Shown here: positions 25,601 through 35,112 of the stretch, one piece after another
How the letters are laid out: each line of letters opens with the position of its first letter
Position numbering within the stretch: position 1 is the stretch's first letter
Assembly (NCBI GenBank): GCA_032718475.1
Contig: JAUCBJ010009080.1
Location: 1-50,092, forward strand
DNA: 50,092 nucleotides
Direction of reading: 5' to 3'
Source: Nemertoderma westbladi
Lineage: Eukaryota; Animalia; Xenacoelomorpha
Notes under the pieces: model-generated
Told to the model about the DNA's origin: nothing
Databases searched by the model: none
The model's input: the letters and a program-made list of their open reading frames with translations, nothing else
Position numbers and translations under genes: made by a program

Positions 25601-25710
25601 AATATAATAGACTGCATCGTACCTCTTTAGTTGTCCACCAGTGCGGATCTCTCTCAAATCCAGCGCGATCAGGAAATGTTGAGTTTGAAGATGACGCACC
25701 TGGTGGATAA
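16666..25710 (+). CDS. Helitron/Helentron-like RepHel polyprotein: zinc knuckle, E/Q repeats, OTU protease, HUH Rep, PIF1-like helicase, GIY-YIG nuclease (3014 aa)
   Basis: Uninterrupted 9045-nt frame. The ORF track starts at a TTG (16654), but the first ATG is 16666 in a good Kozak context (AAAATGG). Motifs in order: CSKCGSSKHNIRTC; GGGDCLYYS..WGTE..HF; FFTITAN; RAEFQ..HFH; YLCKY; GPPGCGKT; PFGG..GDQHQLPP; QYPL..TIH; ISRV; GYVY..YIGQT..RLREHN. Confidence 0.93.
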   Translation: MAKRKQKCSKCGSSKHNIRTCSMWKDIKVPLMEQVELVEQPQGEKEQWMEQMEHREEQQQDEQMNNGEELQQEQQMENGEEQMENGEEQVDNVEEQQQEEQVYNAEEQHHEEHMENGEEQVEKAEEQQQEEQVENAGEQQQEEQMENGEEQQQEQQMENGEEQMGNGEEQVDNVEEQQQEEQVENAEEQHQEEQMENGEEQVENAEEQQQEEQMENGEEQQQEQQMENGEEQQQEQQMENGEEQIENGEEQVENVEEQQQEEQVENAGEQQQEEQIENAEEQQQEEQVENADEQQQEEQSENRKEQQQEQQMENGEEQQQDEQMEHGEGHQGDEQGDWEEVHRRGRKRGQDSQGGQRRRRREGTPPEFHAEPGTQHKDTASEGGQYQSRTGPSRTQFIVLQGSNNCPPQEWLDITCQLNGLHIQPNRGGGDCLYYSILQGLDMHDFNRHYTVASLRKLSADEMERNPLPYANRFIPPTPDEIAGMHPRPASNFHNFVSSTRRSEWGTELNLISLANCLPVSICLLSTESRGVLHFGDSPGVIYVAHWPGHFAALQPGTYSGCNSIPHTRHHQNLPTDNQPSASGVGSNTSDTTNHHPTPSDQPTTFGNLPHRTPQQPAATIPNHRGHPIRPPQPLHSSQAPPIITTEPHNFEVPPTTAAEPQNRSAATPTAAEESRNRCTATPTNNPMAQISSDLPSNESSLCDCCQRHSTHIYDLQIISRDPCKGKKYGRLIQRRPYLLPVCCMQCNTYLNQDNTHIRSNWNIMWPAVLYTCLSSETLMPQTKHTELWHQIPPSIQEMWSSLPLVPSFVTRFKDFTPQIREFQHNISANTLGSLRKALNRECFPEVKCPLGCWQWIDKCKNVSFLDYLAYANIVTLPQSNRENFRSARSDWPQCPRQYLLKWNITPGIVVDKKEGLSVLVCEDHKSMKQQVIHLQTNPFYEDGAVQSVEVFAPATLTPNVVRQGRLNKWNSSNYVINCIGGYHGLSTFTLGASELDSPPIGQQQILREGLCLKYRDDIRETYLNSTWGGASNIVRSKLSGLENSRMTPVGDDLKKCLDGGSYLSIGDSFHIWKICRLQYEKQETQSTNVKYLFQAESLTLSIVHPMNDVGAYPFRVNISSIYDSLGTAITTILLYNRRIHQLCLEKYISDNDNFLGWVLATVATLSGLNWPSKSCNKNIVFDKIAKDPCVLSNSDAPYIDKVIKLLLRLSNTSALRTIDEIISRSETRPDLYELVICQNTASPGIQPKTRIGEFSLMLVLTEDKEDSIIFRWEPTMRFWCIGKGGNRVATTACNKTSWFHTWRLALYINTNTNEHRDDIIKRSLGGQRRITCGKHGLHLINEPRVSNVKCAVEKCRKPANHRCPYGILSYHCLVAVCLKHFRIYSISDASIITIRYHQTPLFDNQPIDLNQGEIDSDAELEELLLDVNIDNGHQSDEVHDNSGIVIPENPEEDSDWEYLEDLQNFLTDENTLPSGDIPSSANSRKQLFPVTGAHHFPSHCLLNDVYGILHREHSKHPSAKKAQLLNEIVAKNSAPSTSLLYPEGNIFPTTFWFNHSGSIIGAIPHHIFSSKKEATYNKKSCHNVSSNKDMLMIRLRDGDLSTSHDLNYLHWVADMRMNIKLNNRPSSVFFNRGLEFLDESRATKVNIHDTPLEFEESNSSRVVKELAALINKYPWSYFFTITANESSTMGLAPIIQSMKDFCEETDSEYSNIYDANVVLICRAWERVAQYMLDYIETSPEERLGPVHHMFARAEFQDQGARGNKCHFHGGISLLPEPIQTTMGRVTCDPDRLPFGPEDFHNLLDAGIVDSWEDFHQAKSIVEMVTIHNCKAASERCHKRKDKDGNKICRVPSHPTSSSNWFQVKKDLYSKEIYTILEEIGLAQRVLNKEYQLEWELAPNLTAGRYHYSTRSPPTYLPTIAEIALALRSSFNCQVTDRKFSSSYLCKYIGGKEERRQIKVFGTKNPDVVRTEVGEQENIKISGVKINQTIEKEKATNSREIGIPELARFALGYPYTRCTADFVHISTLPPEYRSAVSANKSNEQIEGSYGTYIASIETRINLPQWRHFSHSQQRLIREYVSSNYKLGNTERFNIRPPEISIVNKLIDYHEIFVIKSKLPSHFVNDDIHQQQWIDGLNNQVKIRSCAITRAINYIQSQPEKEGKNDILILLNDIQVEDIDGNLHKRFVVYSKETIAVIPNIGASHRIKFLYHIILTLGQFITELDIMEVASFPKAFQNAGLIIDHNNPTQDEANNILRRYVDEQLQTYCFGAKQFEQYLNNAKSAIDEILLSDGRISCDVPSVSYIALREETSERIYTIERSRKLYLVETNHSDLVTKMHLPTTEAFMEATFDDPLNWDPELPVAAHQSMASQTEQNNALQTIKQLVHKFLNPSTDQLPKFLLITGPPGCGKTLLIQIATLYVISLGLNTALLSLTSERSRTLGGFHIHIAFPVPSKSLKHAHPHILAKQCIQSLKKDPMKLILLKRTNVFILEEVGLISAEFYGILDTTMKNIMNNDLPFGGKLLIMNGDQHQLPPIDGRPIFMSTNLITSFQVIQLKHYVRAASDMNLQNCLESMRQTVIPPLQQNEILNTIMAKAKFVNTWSDVPQEAMRIVGSRKAEAKVVKEFLQRKTSDRNTRTVVSKSKDEVQHHYDWAPASTYVTQQLNRHCLEPEELVLFEGAITRLTRNHQQGNTQYSQGQVAVVQNIPEEFNEDALVTVALVPPGVRNLLPVLASWQRVSLGRTTTIPSIVGVQLLQGRRTQYPLRYFIANTIHRIMGETCPIAATQISSAERIFRLWEREQLLVLISRVPAFQYLYFVGPRAETRQALAETLSRTSMWAGPIEERLTALDIHNTNPQRVITDVQHPLRPFYREIPESETGYVYMLISTAHPSISYIGQTGRSMLTRLREHNSGNGSIFTNRTEFHPWAIFAYICQFPSEAEEERTARRMDVERFVHRNIRRNSGPQYVLNQLIRIVAEYNRLHRTSLVVHQCGSLSNPARSGNVEFEDDAPGG
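16687..16728 (+). other. CCHC zinc knuckle (C-X2-C-X4-H-X4-C) at the RepHel N-terminus
   Basis: Translates to CSKCGSSKHNIRTC, with exact knuckle spacing, preceded by the basic stretch KRKQK. Confidence 0.8.
16800..17670 (+). repeat. Coding minisatellite (36-bp and 21-bp units) encoding an acidic Glu/Gln tract
   Basis: Units such as GAGAATGGGGAGGAACAGCAACAGGAGCAACAGATG (ENGEEQQQEQQM) and GAGAATGGGGAGGAACAGATG (ENGEEQM). All unit lengths are multiples of 3. Confidence 0.95.
17930..18330 (+). other. OTU-family cysteine protease (deubiquitinase-like) domain
   Basis: Catalytic Cys motif GGGDCLYYSI (Cys codon at 17959), helix VASLRKLSADEM, WGTELNLISLAN (18178) and catalytic His in GHF (18313). 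This order and spacing match OTU domains, which are known cargo of Helentrons. Confidence 0.85.
21650..22770 (+). other. HUH-Y2 rolling-circle Rep (transposase) domain, Helentron/Helitron2-like
   Basis: Motif I FFTITAN (21700-21720); motif II RAEFQ-x9-HFH (HUH at 21964-21972); H-x-C..C..CR zinc-binding-like segment (~22147-22215); motif III YLCKY (22495-22509) preceded by FNCQV. The downstream REIGIPE..LGYP..FVHISTLPPEYR resembles the Helentron RE-x-SAQEA..FINT-x-PP-x-ER block. Confidence 0.85.
23780..25120 (+). other. PIF1/RecD-like superfamily 1B helicase domain
   Basis: Walker A GPPGCGKT (23878-23901); Walker B FILEEVGL (EE at 24142-24147); PFGG (24220) and motif III GDQHQLPPI (24250); motif IV LKHYVRA; motif V QYPLRYFIANTIHRIMGET (24949); motif VI QLLVLISRV (25069-25095). 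Confidence 0.9.
25306..25650 (+). other. GIY-YIG endonuclease domain, SLX1-like
   Basis: GYVYMLIS-x7-YIGQT-x6-RLREHNSGNGSIFT-x6-PWAIFAYICQFPS, then a candidate catalytic Glu in MDVER (25522). This parallels SLX1 VYLL..YVGFT..RRVQQHNGG..GA-x2-T..PWEMVLVVHGFPS..E. Confidence 0.85.
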
Positions 25711-25761
25711 ATTGAATTAATAATATCTCCAAAAATTTATCTTTATGTTAACCCGTACGTA

Positions 25762-27760
25762 CATGAGTGTATGTTTGCCCGTACTTGTGTAGAAGAATGC
25801 TTTGCTAATTCATACCACAATCTATTTTGCTCCACTTACTTTCATATTTTGCCAAGTATGAGGTGAGTGTATGTTTGCCCGTACTTGTGTAGAAGAATGC
25901 TTTGCTAATTCATACCACAATCAATTTTGCTCCACTTTCATATTTTGCCATGTATGAGGTGAGTGTATGTTTGCCCGGACTTGTGTAGAAGAATGCTTTG
26001 CCAATTCATACCACAATCCATTTTGCTCCACTTTCATATTTTGCCAAGTATGAGGTGAGTGTATGTTTGCCCGTACTTGTGTAGAAGAATGCTTTGCTAA
26101 TTCATACCACAATCAATTTTGCTCCACTTTCATATTTTGCCATGTATGAGGTGAGTGTATGTTTGCCCGGACTTGTGTAGAAGAATGCTTTGCCAATTCA
26201 TACCACAATCCATTTTGCTCCACTTTCATATTTTGTCATGTATGAGGTGAGTGTATGTTTGCCCGTACTTGTGTAGAAGAATGCTTTGCCAATTCATACC
26301 ACAATCAATTTTGCTCCACTTTCATATTTTGCCATGTATGAGGTGAGTGTATGTTTGCCCTTACTTGTGTAGAAGAATGCTTTGCCAATTCATACCACAA
26401 TCTATTTTGCTCCACTTTCATATTTTGCCATGTATGAGGTGAGTGTATGTTTGCCCGTACTTGTGTAGAAGAATGCTTTGCCAATTCTTACCTCAATCAA
26501 TTTGGCTCCACTTTCATATTTTGCCAAGGATGAGGTGAGTGTATGTTTGCCCGTACTTGTGTAGAATGCTTTGCTAATTCATACCACAATCCATTTTGAT
26601 CCATATTAATATTTTGTCATGTATGAGGTGAGTGTATGTTTGCCCGTACTTGTGTAGAAGAATGCTTTGCCAATTCTTACCACGATCCATTTTGCTCCAC
26701 TTTCATATTTTGCCAAGGATGCGGTGAGTGTGTGTTTGCCCGTACTTGTGTAGAATGCTTTACCAATTATACCACAATCCATTTTGATCCAATTAATATT
26801 TTGCCCAAGTATGAGGTGAGTGTGTGTTTGCCCGTACTTGTGTAGAATGCTTTGCTAATTCATACCACAATCCATTTTGATCCATATTAATATTTTGTCA
26901 TGTATGAGGTGAGTGTATGTTTGCCCGTACTTGTATAGAAGAATGCTTTGCCAATTTATACCACAATCCATTTTGCTGCACTTTCATATTTTGCCATGTA
27001 TGAGGTGAGTGTAGGTTTGGCCGTACTTGTGTAGAAGAATGCTTTGCCAATTCATACCACAATCCATTTTGCTCCACTTTCATATTTTGCCAAGGATGCG
27101 GTGAGTGTATGTTTGCCCGTACTTGTGTAGAATGCTTTACCAATTATACCACAATCCATTTTGCTCCTCTTTCATATTTTGCCAAGGATGCGGTGAGTGT
27201 GTGTTTGCCCGTACTTGTATAGAAGAATGCTTTGCCAATTCATACCACAATCCATTTTGCTGCACTTTCATATTTTGCCATGTATGAGGTGAGTGTATGT
27301 TTGGCCGTACTTGTGTAGAAGAATGCTTTGCCAATTCATACCACAATCCATTTTGCTCCACTTTCACATTTTGCCAAGTATGAGGTGAGTGTATGTTTGC
27401 CCGTACTTGTATAGAAGAATGCTTTGCCAATTCGTACCACAATCCATTTTGCTGCACTTTCATATTTTGCCAAGTATGAGGTGAGTGTGTGTTTGCCCGT
27501 ACTTGTGTAGAATGCTTTACCAATTATACCACAATCCATTTTGCTCCACTTTCATATTTTGCCAAGTAAGAGGTGAGTGTATGTTTGCCCTTACTTGTGT
27601 AGAAGAATGCTTTGCCAATTCATACCACAATCAATTTTGCTCCACTTACTTTAATATTTTGTCCAAGTATGAGGTGAGTGTATGTTTGCCCGTACTTGTG
27701 TAGAATGCTTTGCCAAATCATACCACAATACATTTGCTCCACTTTAAAGTTTTGCCTTAG
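25762..27760. repeat. Satellite B, block 1: 96-bp tandem array (~21 copies; 93-100 bp variants)
   Basis: Monomer TATGAGGTGAGTGTATGTTTGCCCGTACTTGTGTAGAAGAATGCTTTGCCAATTCATACCACAATCCATTTTGCTCCACTTTCATATTTTGCCAAG. AGGTGAG occurs at 25861 and 25957 (period 96). Confidence 0.97.
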
Positions 27761-30461
27761 TTCATTCATATAATTACTAATTTGATTCTATTAACTATAT
27801 TAAATAAACACATTATCCATTATTCAATTATTATATATCTTAATAGTTATAGCATCTTTGTCATACATTATTACGAAATATATAACTATATATAATACAT
27901 AATTACATTAAATCTTTTATATATATTATAATTAATTTTTATAAATAATTTTAAGGAAAAAAGAAGATACCAAAAATAAAGTCATTTGCATTGCTTACAC
28001 TTACTACTAGTACAATATGGCAATGATGATTGATATCTGGTAATGACAATATATATAATGGAAACAATAATGTCTATTACTATCACTGTCATCTATTACG
28101 GTCATATGAAGATTATTTATTCTGAGCCATATTGATTACTAACTATTTACACATTAAATTTCTTAATGTAGTTATAAATTATTTTTGAGCGCAATATCAA
28201 TGTGTTGGTACAACTTCCTGTTATTTTGCAATTCAATTACCATATATGCAGTATTCCTGTTTACGTTTCTTATGTCTTATATTTCCATACTCGCATTGGC
28301 CCAATGTTTCATAATACTTCCAATACAACCATAATCATTTGTAGTCCTACTACTTGTCAGTATGTAATTTGTGATGTAATTATTGTTCAATTTATGCGTA
28401 TATGATATATTAATTATCCTAGTAAAAATATTAAAAATTCAAAAAAATACATATAATAAATAATATTAAAAATATTAAAATAATTACATTTCAAAATAAA
28501 TTAATTAGTATTAAGCATAGATATATTATTAGGTTTACAGCGTTATGATAGTATTTCTATTTATTTCACCACATTTCATAAACATACATATTATAGAAAA
28601 TATATTTTACTTATTACAATAATATACTTATTAAATTACTATTATAATTTTTGAATATAAAATTAACCGAATCATAATAATTTTTCTGTATAAATCGTGT
28701 ATCCTAATTAAAATAAAAAATAATGAATACGTATAATGTAGATTGCATGGATTGCATGGAAATTAAAAACATACATATGTATAATTTTCCATTTATTTTT
28801 TAATTTTATGGTACATATGACCATGACCGACCACCTCAAAGTGTTCTGTAATCACATATGGTATTACACTTTCATATAATGTCGTCATATTTCTTGGAAT
28901 CAGTATATCACTGTATGCTTTCCCATTGGGGTAACGGCAATATTTTTTACGTTTTTGTAATGAACATTATTGTAAATTCTACTTTATGCTGCCTCTTTTT
29001 TTGTGGCAAAATATTATATTAAAAATCAGTAATATATCATTCATAACTACTTTATAGATTGCTTATTTCTAGTTCTTGACTAAATCAGTACACTAACTAA
29101 TCATCCTTTTTAATATAGTAATTAACTTAATTATAGCTCTATGATATTATAAATGATTGGAAATATTTTTGTTATATACATATTATATATACTGCCTATA
29201 TTAACCACCTGTATTAAATAAAGATAACTTTATTATATCTATTATAGCGCAGCTCTTTATATCAATAACGATTTGTAATTTATATTTTCATCACATTAAT
29301 TCAGATACCCTTTTCAAGCAAGAACTCTAAAATGATAATGTAACTTCAGATTTTAGTGAAACTACAATTGCTATGGCCGAATATAAAATTACCCATTTAT
29401 ATTTCATGTTATGCTATATAAATAGCAAAAAATATTCAAATTTATACTTTACGGTGTTGATAACATACATGACCGTATGCTGTTTAATTAAATATATTAT
29501 CAGTTGTTTTCACATTATAATATGTGGAATGTATTATTATAAAAAAAACAAGGAAAGTAATATATTATAATATTGGGGTGCACCTATTGGTGGTCAGGGT
29601 GCACTTTGCAATATGCAGGGTTTTCATTGGGGTGCATTGTCGTGGTTGTAACATTCATTTCATTTCATTTCTTGTTACTGGTGGTTGGGGGGTGGGGTGG
29701 TTGATGGGGTGGCAATGCACCTAGCAATGTTAACCTTGTGAGATCGTGGCAAGTCATATTATATGTCAGAATATACGACATACTGGATGCTCTCCATGTT
29801 ATTAAACATAGAGCTTTTACTCAAAATCCATTTCTGATAGGGCCTTCCTTTCTAGATACTGGATTAAAACATACTGGATTCATACTGGATATTAACTTGA
29901 ATTACACATTTAAATGTCTCGATTTGCCAATTATTCAGATAAAGCAATATAATATATAATTTCCCTGAAATGTGAAATTATATTCATTATTTTATAGTTC
30001 TTGCTTGAAACGGGTATCGGAATTGGTATGATAAATATATGAATGGCAAATAGTATTATTAATATATTTAGCTGCACTACAATAGTTATAATAAATTATC
30101 TTTATTTTCCACAGTTGGTTATTATAGCCGATAATTATAATATGTGTATAACAAAAAGATTATCAGTCATTAAAATATCAGTTAAACTATATTTCAGTTA
30201 ATTGTTATATTAATAATTTCGATTATTAGTTTTACTACTGTTGGCTAATTTAGTTAAGAACTCGAAATAAGGTATCTCTGAAATAGTTATTAATGATATA
30301 TAAATGTTTATTAATATATTGTCTTATAACTTATTCAAAAGTTCCACTTTAATTTCCTGCTATGTCAGCTTTGTATATGACTAATTTTTTTGCCAGTCTG
30401 AAATAAACATTGTAAACAGATTGTGCAATGGGGTACCTTACCTCTCAGGTTTGTTCAGCTG

Positions 30462-30608
30462 TATCACCCGGGCATGAGGTCACGCTGTTTACCTGGGCAC
30501 GGAGTCACGCTGTTCACCTATCTCACCCGGACGCCGGGTCACACTTTTCACCTGTCTTACCCGGACGCAGGGTCACGATTATTATTAGGATTCACGATCT
30601 AGTCACGA
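30462..30608. repeat. Short GC-rich degenerate tandem repeat (34-bp unit) containing a hairpin
   Basis: GTCAC recurs at 30479, 30504, 30538 and 30572. Hairpin ACCCGG-ACG-CCGGGT at 30525-30539. TCACGAT occurs three times in 30573-30609. Confidence 0.6.
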
Positions 30609-31037
30609 TATAGGACAAATTATAATAAAAAACAAATAAATAGATAAATTAAAATAAACAAAACATAATAGAAAACAAAGTAAAAAACACTAATAATAAA
30701 ACCAACATGTGATTTGTATGCCGGTTCGTCAAGTTGTAAAAGTAATACAAACTGCGGTTTGTGTCCGGCTATTAATGATATATCCTCTTCTAGCATGCTG
30801 CACCACAATAAACAAATCATAATTTATCATGATAAATTTCACCACTTATCTTTTCAAATTTTGTTCTGTAAGTTTAATATTTTTATACTGTTAATTAATA
30901 TTTAGGACTACTTATATAAATATAAATATTCGAATTACTTTATTAATTATCAATATTTATGTATATAAATAAATATCATCGAAATATAAAAAAAATAATT
31001 AATAAACATTAACAAAAAAGAGAAAAAAAAGTAAATA

Positions 31038-34000
31038 TGCCCAAGTATGAGTTGAGTGTATGTTTGCCCGTACTTGTGTAGAATGCTTTGCTAATTCATA
31101 CCACAATCCATGTTGCCCCACGTTCATATTTTGCCCAAGTATGAGGTGAGTGTATGTTTGCCCGCACTTGTGTAGAATGCTTTGCTAATTCATACCACAA
31201 TCCATTTTGATCCATATTAATATTTTGCCCAAGTATGAGGTGAGTGTATGTTTGCCCACTCGTATTTGTGTAGAATGCTTTGCTAATTCATACCACAATC
31301 CATTTTGATCCATATTAATATTTTGCCCAAGTATGAGGTGAGTGTATGTTTGCCCGTACTTGAGTAGAATGCATTGCTAATTCATACCACAATCCATGTT
31401 GCTCCACTTTCATATTTTGCCCAAGAATGGGGTGAGTGTATGTTTGCCCGCACTTGTGTAGAATGCTTTGCTAATTCATACCACAATCCATTTTGATCCA
31501 TATTAATATTTTGCCCAAGTATGAGGTGAGTGTATGTTTGCCCACTCGTATTTGTGTAGAATGCTTTGCTAATTCATACCACAATCCATTTTGATCCATA
31601 TTAATATTTTGCCCAAGTATGAGGTGAGTGTATGTTTGCCCGTACTTGAGTAGAATGCATTGCTAATTCATACCACAATCCATTTTGATCCACTTTCATA
31701 TTTTGCCCAAGTATGAGTTCAGTGTATGTTTGCCCGTACTTGTGTAGAGCGCTTTGCTAATTCTTACCACAATCCATTTTGATCCATATTAATATTTTGC
31801 CCAAGTATGAGGTGAGTGTATGTTTGCCCGTATTTGTGTAGAATGCTTTGCTAATTCATGCCACTATCCATTTTGAACCATATTAATAATTTGTTAAGTA
31901 TGGGTGAGTGTATGTTTGCCCGTACTTGAGTAGAATGCATTGCTAATTCATACCACAATCCATGTTGCTCCACTTTCATATTTTGCCCAAGAATGGGGTG
32001 AGTGTATGTTTGCCCGCACTTGTGTAGAATGCTTTGCTAATTCATACCACAATCCATGTTGCTCCACTTTCATATTTTGCCCAAGAATGGGGTGAGTGTA
32101 TGTTTGCCCGCACTTGTGTAGAATGCTTTGCTAATTCATACCACAATCGATTTTCATCCATATTAATATTTTGCCCAAGTATGACGTGAGTGTATGTTTC
32201 CCGCACTTGCGTAGAATGCTTTGCTATTTCATACCACAATCCATTTTGATCCATATAAAAATTTTGCCAAAGTATGAGGTGAGTGTATGTTTGCTCATAT
32301 TTGTGTAGAATGCTTTACCAATTATACCGCAATACATTTGCTCCACTAAATATTTTGCCAAGTATGACGTGAGTGTATGTTTGCCCGTACTTGTGTAGAA
32401 TGCTTTTCTAATTCTTACCACAATCCATTTTGATCCAATTAATATTTTGCCCAAGAATGAGGTGAGTGTATGTTTGCCCGTATTTGTGTAGAATGCTTTG
32501 CTAATTCATACCACAATCCATTTAGATCCATATTAATATTTTGTCCAAGTATCAGATGAGTGTATGTTTGCCCGTACTTGTAGAGTGCTTTGCTAATTCA
32601 TACCACAATACATTTTGATCCATATTAATATTTTGCCCAAGTATGAGGTGAGTGTATGTTTGCCCGCACTTGTGTAGAATGCTTTGCTAATTCATACCAC
32701 AATCCATGTTGCTCCACTTTCATATTTTGCCCAAGAATGGGGTGAGTGTATGTTTGCCCGCACTTGTGTAGAATGCTTTGCTAATTCATACCACAATCCA
32801 TGTTGCTCCACTTTCATATTTTGCCCAAGAATGGGGTGAGTGTATGTTTGCCCGCACTTGCGTAGAATGCTTTGCTAATTCATACCACAATCCATGTTGC
32901 TCCACTTTCATATTTTGCCCAAGAATGGGGTGAGTGTATGTTTGCCCGCACTTGTGTAGAATGCTTTGCTAATTCATACCACAATCGATTTTCATCCATA
33001 TTAATATTTTGCCCAAGTATGACGTGAGTGTATGTTTCCCGCACTTGCGTAGAATGCTTTGCTATTTCATACCACAATCCATTTTGATCCATATAAAAAT
33101 TTTGCCCAAGTATGAGGTGAGTGTATGTTTGCTCATATTTGTGTAGAATGCTTTACCAATTATACCGCAATACATTTGCTCCACTAAATATTTTGCCAAG
33201 TATGACGTGAGTGTATGTTTGCCCGTAGTTGTGTAGAATGCTTTTCTAATTCTTACCACAATCCATTTTGATCCAATTAATATTTTGCCCAAGAATGAGG
33301 TGAGTGTATGTTTGCCCGTATTTGTGTAGAATGCTTTGCTAATTCATACCACAATCCATTTAGATCCATATTAATATTTTGTCCAAGTATGAGGTGAGTG
33401 TATGTTTGCCCGTACTTGTAGAGTGCTTTGCTAATTCATACCACAATACATTTTGATCCATATTAATATTTTGTCCAAGTATGAGGTGAGTGTTTGTTTG
33501 CCCGTATTTGTGTAGAATGCTTTGCTAATTCATACCACAATCCATTTGATCCATATTAAATTTTTGCCCAAGTATGAGGTGAGTGTATGTTTGCTCATAT
33601 TTGTGTAGAATGCTTTACCAATTATACCGCAATACATTTGCTCCACTAAATATTTTGCCAAGTATGACGTGAGTGTATGTTTGCCCGTACTTGTGTAGAA
33701 TGCTTTACTAATTCATACCACAATCCATGTTGCCCCACTTTCATATTTTGCCCAAGTATGAGGTGAGTGTATGTTTGCCCGCACTTGTGTTGAATGCTTT
33801 GCTAATTCATACCACAATCCATGTTGCTCCAATTTCATATTTTGCCCAAGTATGAGGTGAGTGTATGTTTGCCCGTATATGTGTAGAATGCTTTGCTAAT
33901 TCATACCACAATCCATTTTGATCCACTTTCATATTTTGCCCAAGTATGAGGTGAGTGTATGTTTGCCCGTATTTATGTAGAATGCTTTGCTAATTCATAC

Positions 34001-35112
34001 CACAATTCATTTTAATCCAATTAATATTTTGCCCAAGTATGAGGTGAGTGTATGTTTGCCCGTATTTATGTAGAATGCTTTGCTAATTCATACCACAATT
34101 CATTTTAATCCAATTAATATTTTGCCCAAGTGTGAGGTGAGTGTATGTTTGCCCGTATATGTGTAGAATGCTTTGCTAATTCATACCACAATCCATTTTG
34201 ATCCACTTTCATATTTTGCCCAAGTATGAGGTGAGTGTGTGTTTGCCCGTATTTATGTAGAATGCTTTGCTAATTCATACCACAATTCATTTTAATCCAA
34301 TTAATATTTTGCCCAAGTATGAGGTGAGTGTATGTTTGCCCGTATTTATGTAGAATGCTTTGCTAATTCATACCACAATTCATTTTAATCCAATTAATAT
34401 TTTGCCCAAGTATGAGGTGAGTGTGTGTTTGCCCGTATTTATGTAGAATGCTTTGCTAATTCATACCACAATTCATTTTAATCCAATTAATATTTTGCCC
34501 AAGTATGAGGTGAGTGTATGTTTGCCCGTATTTATGTAGAATGCTTTGCTAATTCATACCACAATTCATTTTAATCCAATTAATATTTTGCCCAAGTATA
34601 AGGTGAGTGTATGTTTGCCCACACTTGCGTAGAATGCTTTGCTAATTCATACCACTATCCATTTTGATCCATATTAATATTTTGCCTAAGTATGAGGTGA
34701 GTGTATGTTTGCCCGTATTTGTGTAGAATGCTTTGCTAATTCATACCACAATTCATTTTGATCCAATTAATATTTTGCCCAAGTATAAGGTGAGTGTATG
34801 TTTGCCCGTATTTGTGTAGAATGCTTTGCTAATTCATACCACAATTCATTTTGATCCAATTAATATTTTGCCCAAGAATGAGGTGAGTGTATGTTTGCCC
34901 GTATTTGTGTAGAATGCTTTGCTAATTCATACCACAATTCATTTTGATCCAATTAATATTTTGCCCAAGTATAAGGTGAGTGTATGTTTGCCCGTATTTG
35001 TGTAGAATGCTTTGCTAATTCATACCACAATTCATTTTGATCCACTTTCATATTTTGCCCAAGTATGAGGTGAGTGTATGTTTGCCCGTATTTGTGTAGA
35101 ATGCTTTGCTAA
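31038..35112. repeat. Satellite B, block 2: 94-bp tandem array (~43 copies) with an internal 838-bp duplication
   Basis: Same family as block 1 but lacking the GAA triplet. AGGTGAG occurs at 31144 and 31238 (period 94). Identical spurious ORFs at 32042 and 32880 mark the 838-bp duplication. Confidence 0.97.

Noticed and set aside
23780-25650. Interpretation as cellular PIF1 or SLX1 genes, or as a Penelope or Polinton element
   Set aside because: The domains are fused to an HUH Rep and OTU in an intron-free ORF. No reverse transcriptase, protein-primed polymerase B, integrase or capsid motifs were seen, and no SLX1 C-terminal RING cysteines follow the nuclease.
20088-25732. Short antisense and alternative-frame ORFs within the RepHel gene
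   Set aside because: All are 111 aa or shorter with no motifs, as expected by chance opposite a long coding frame.
29575-29725. G-rich patch with repeated GGGTGCA motifs
   Set aside because: Possibly a decayed repeat fragment, but there are no definable ends, period or coding signal.
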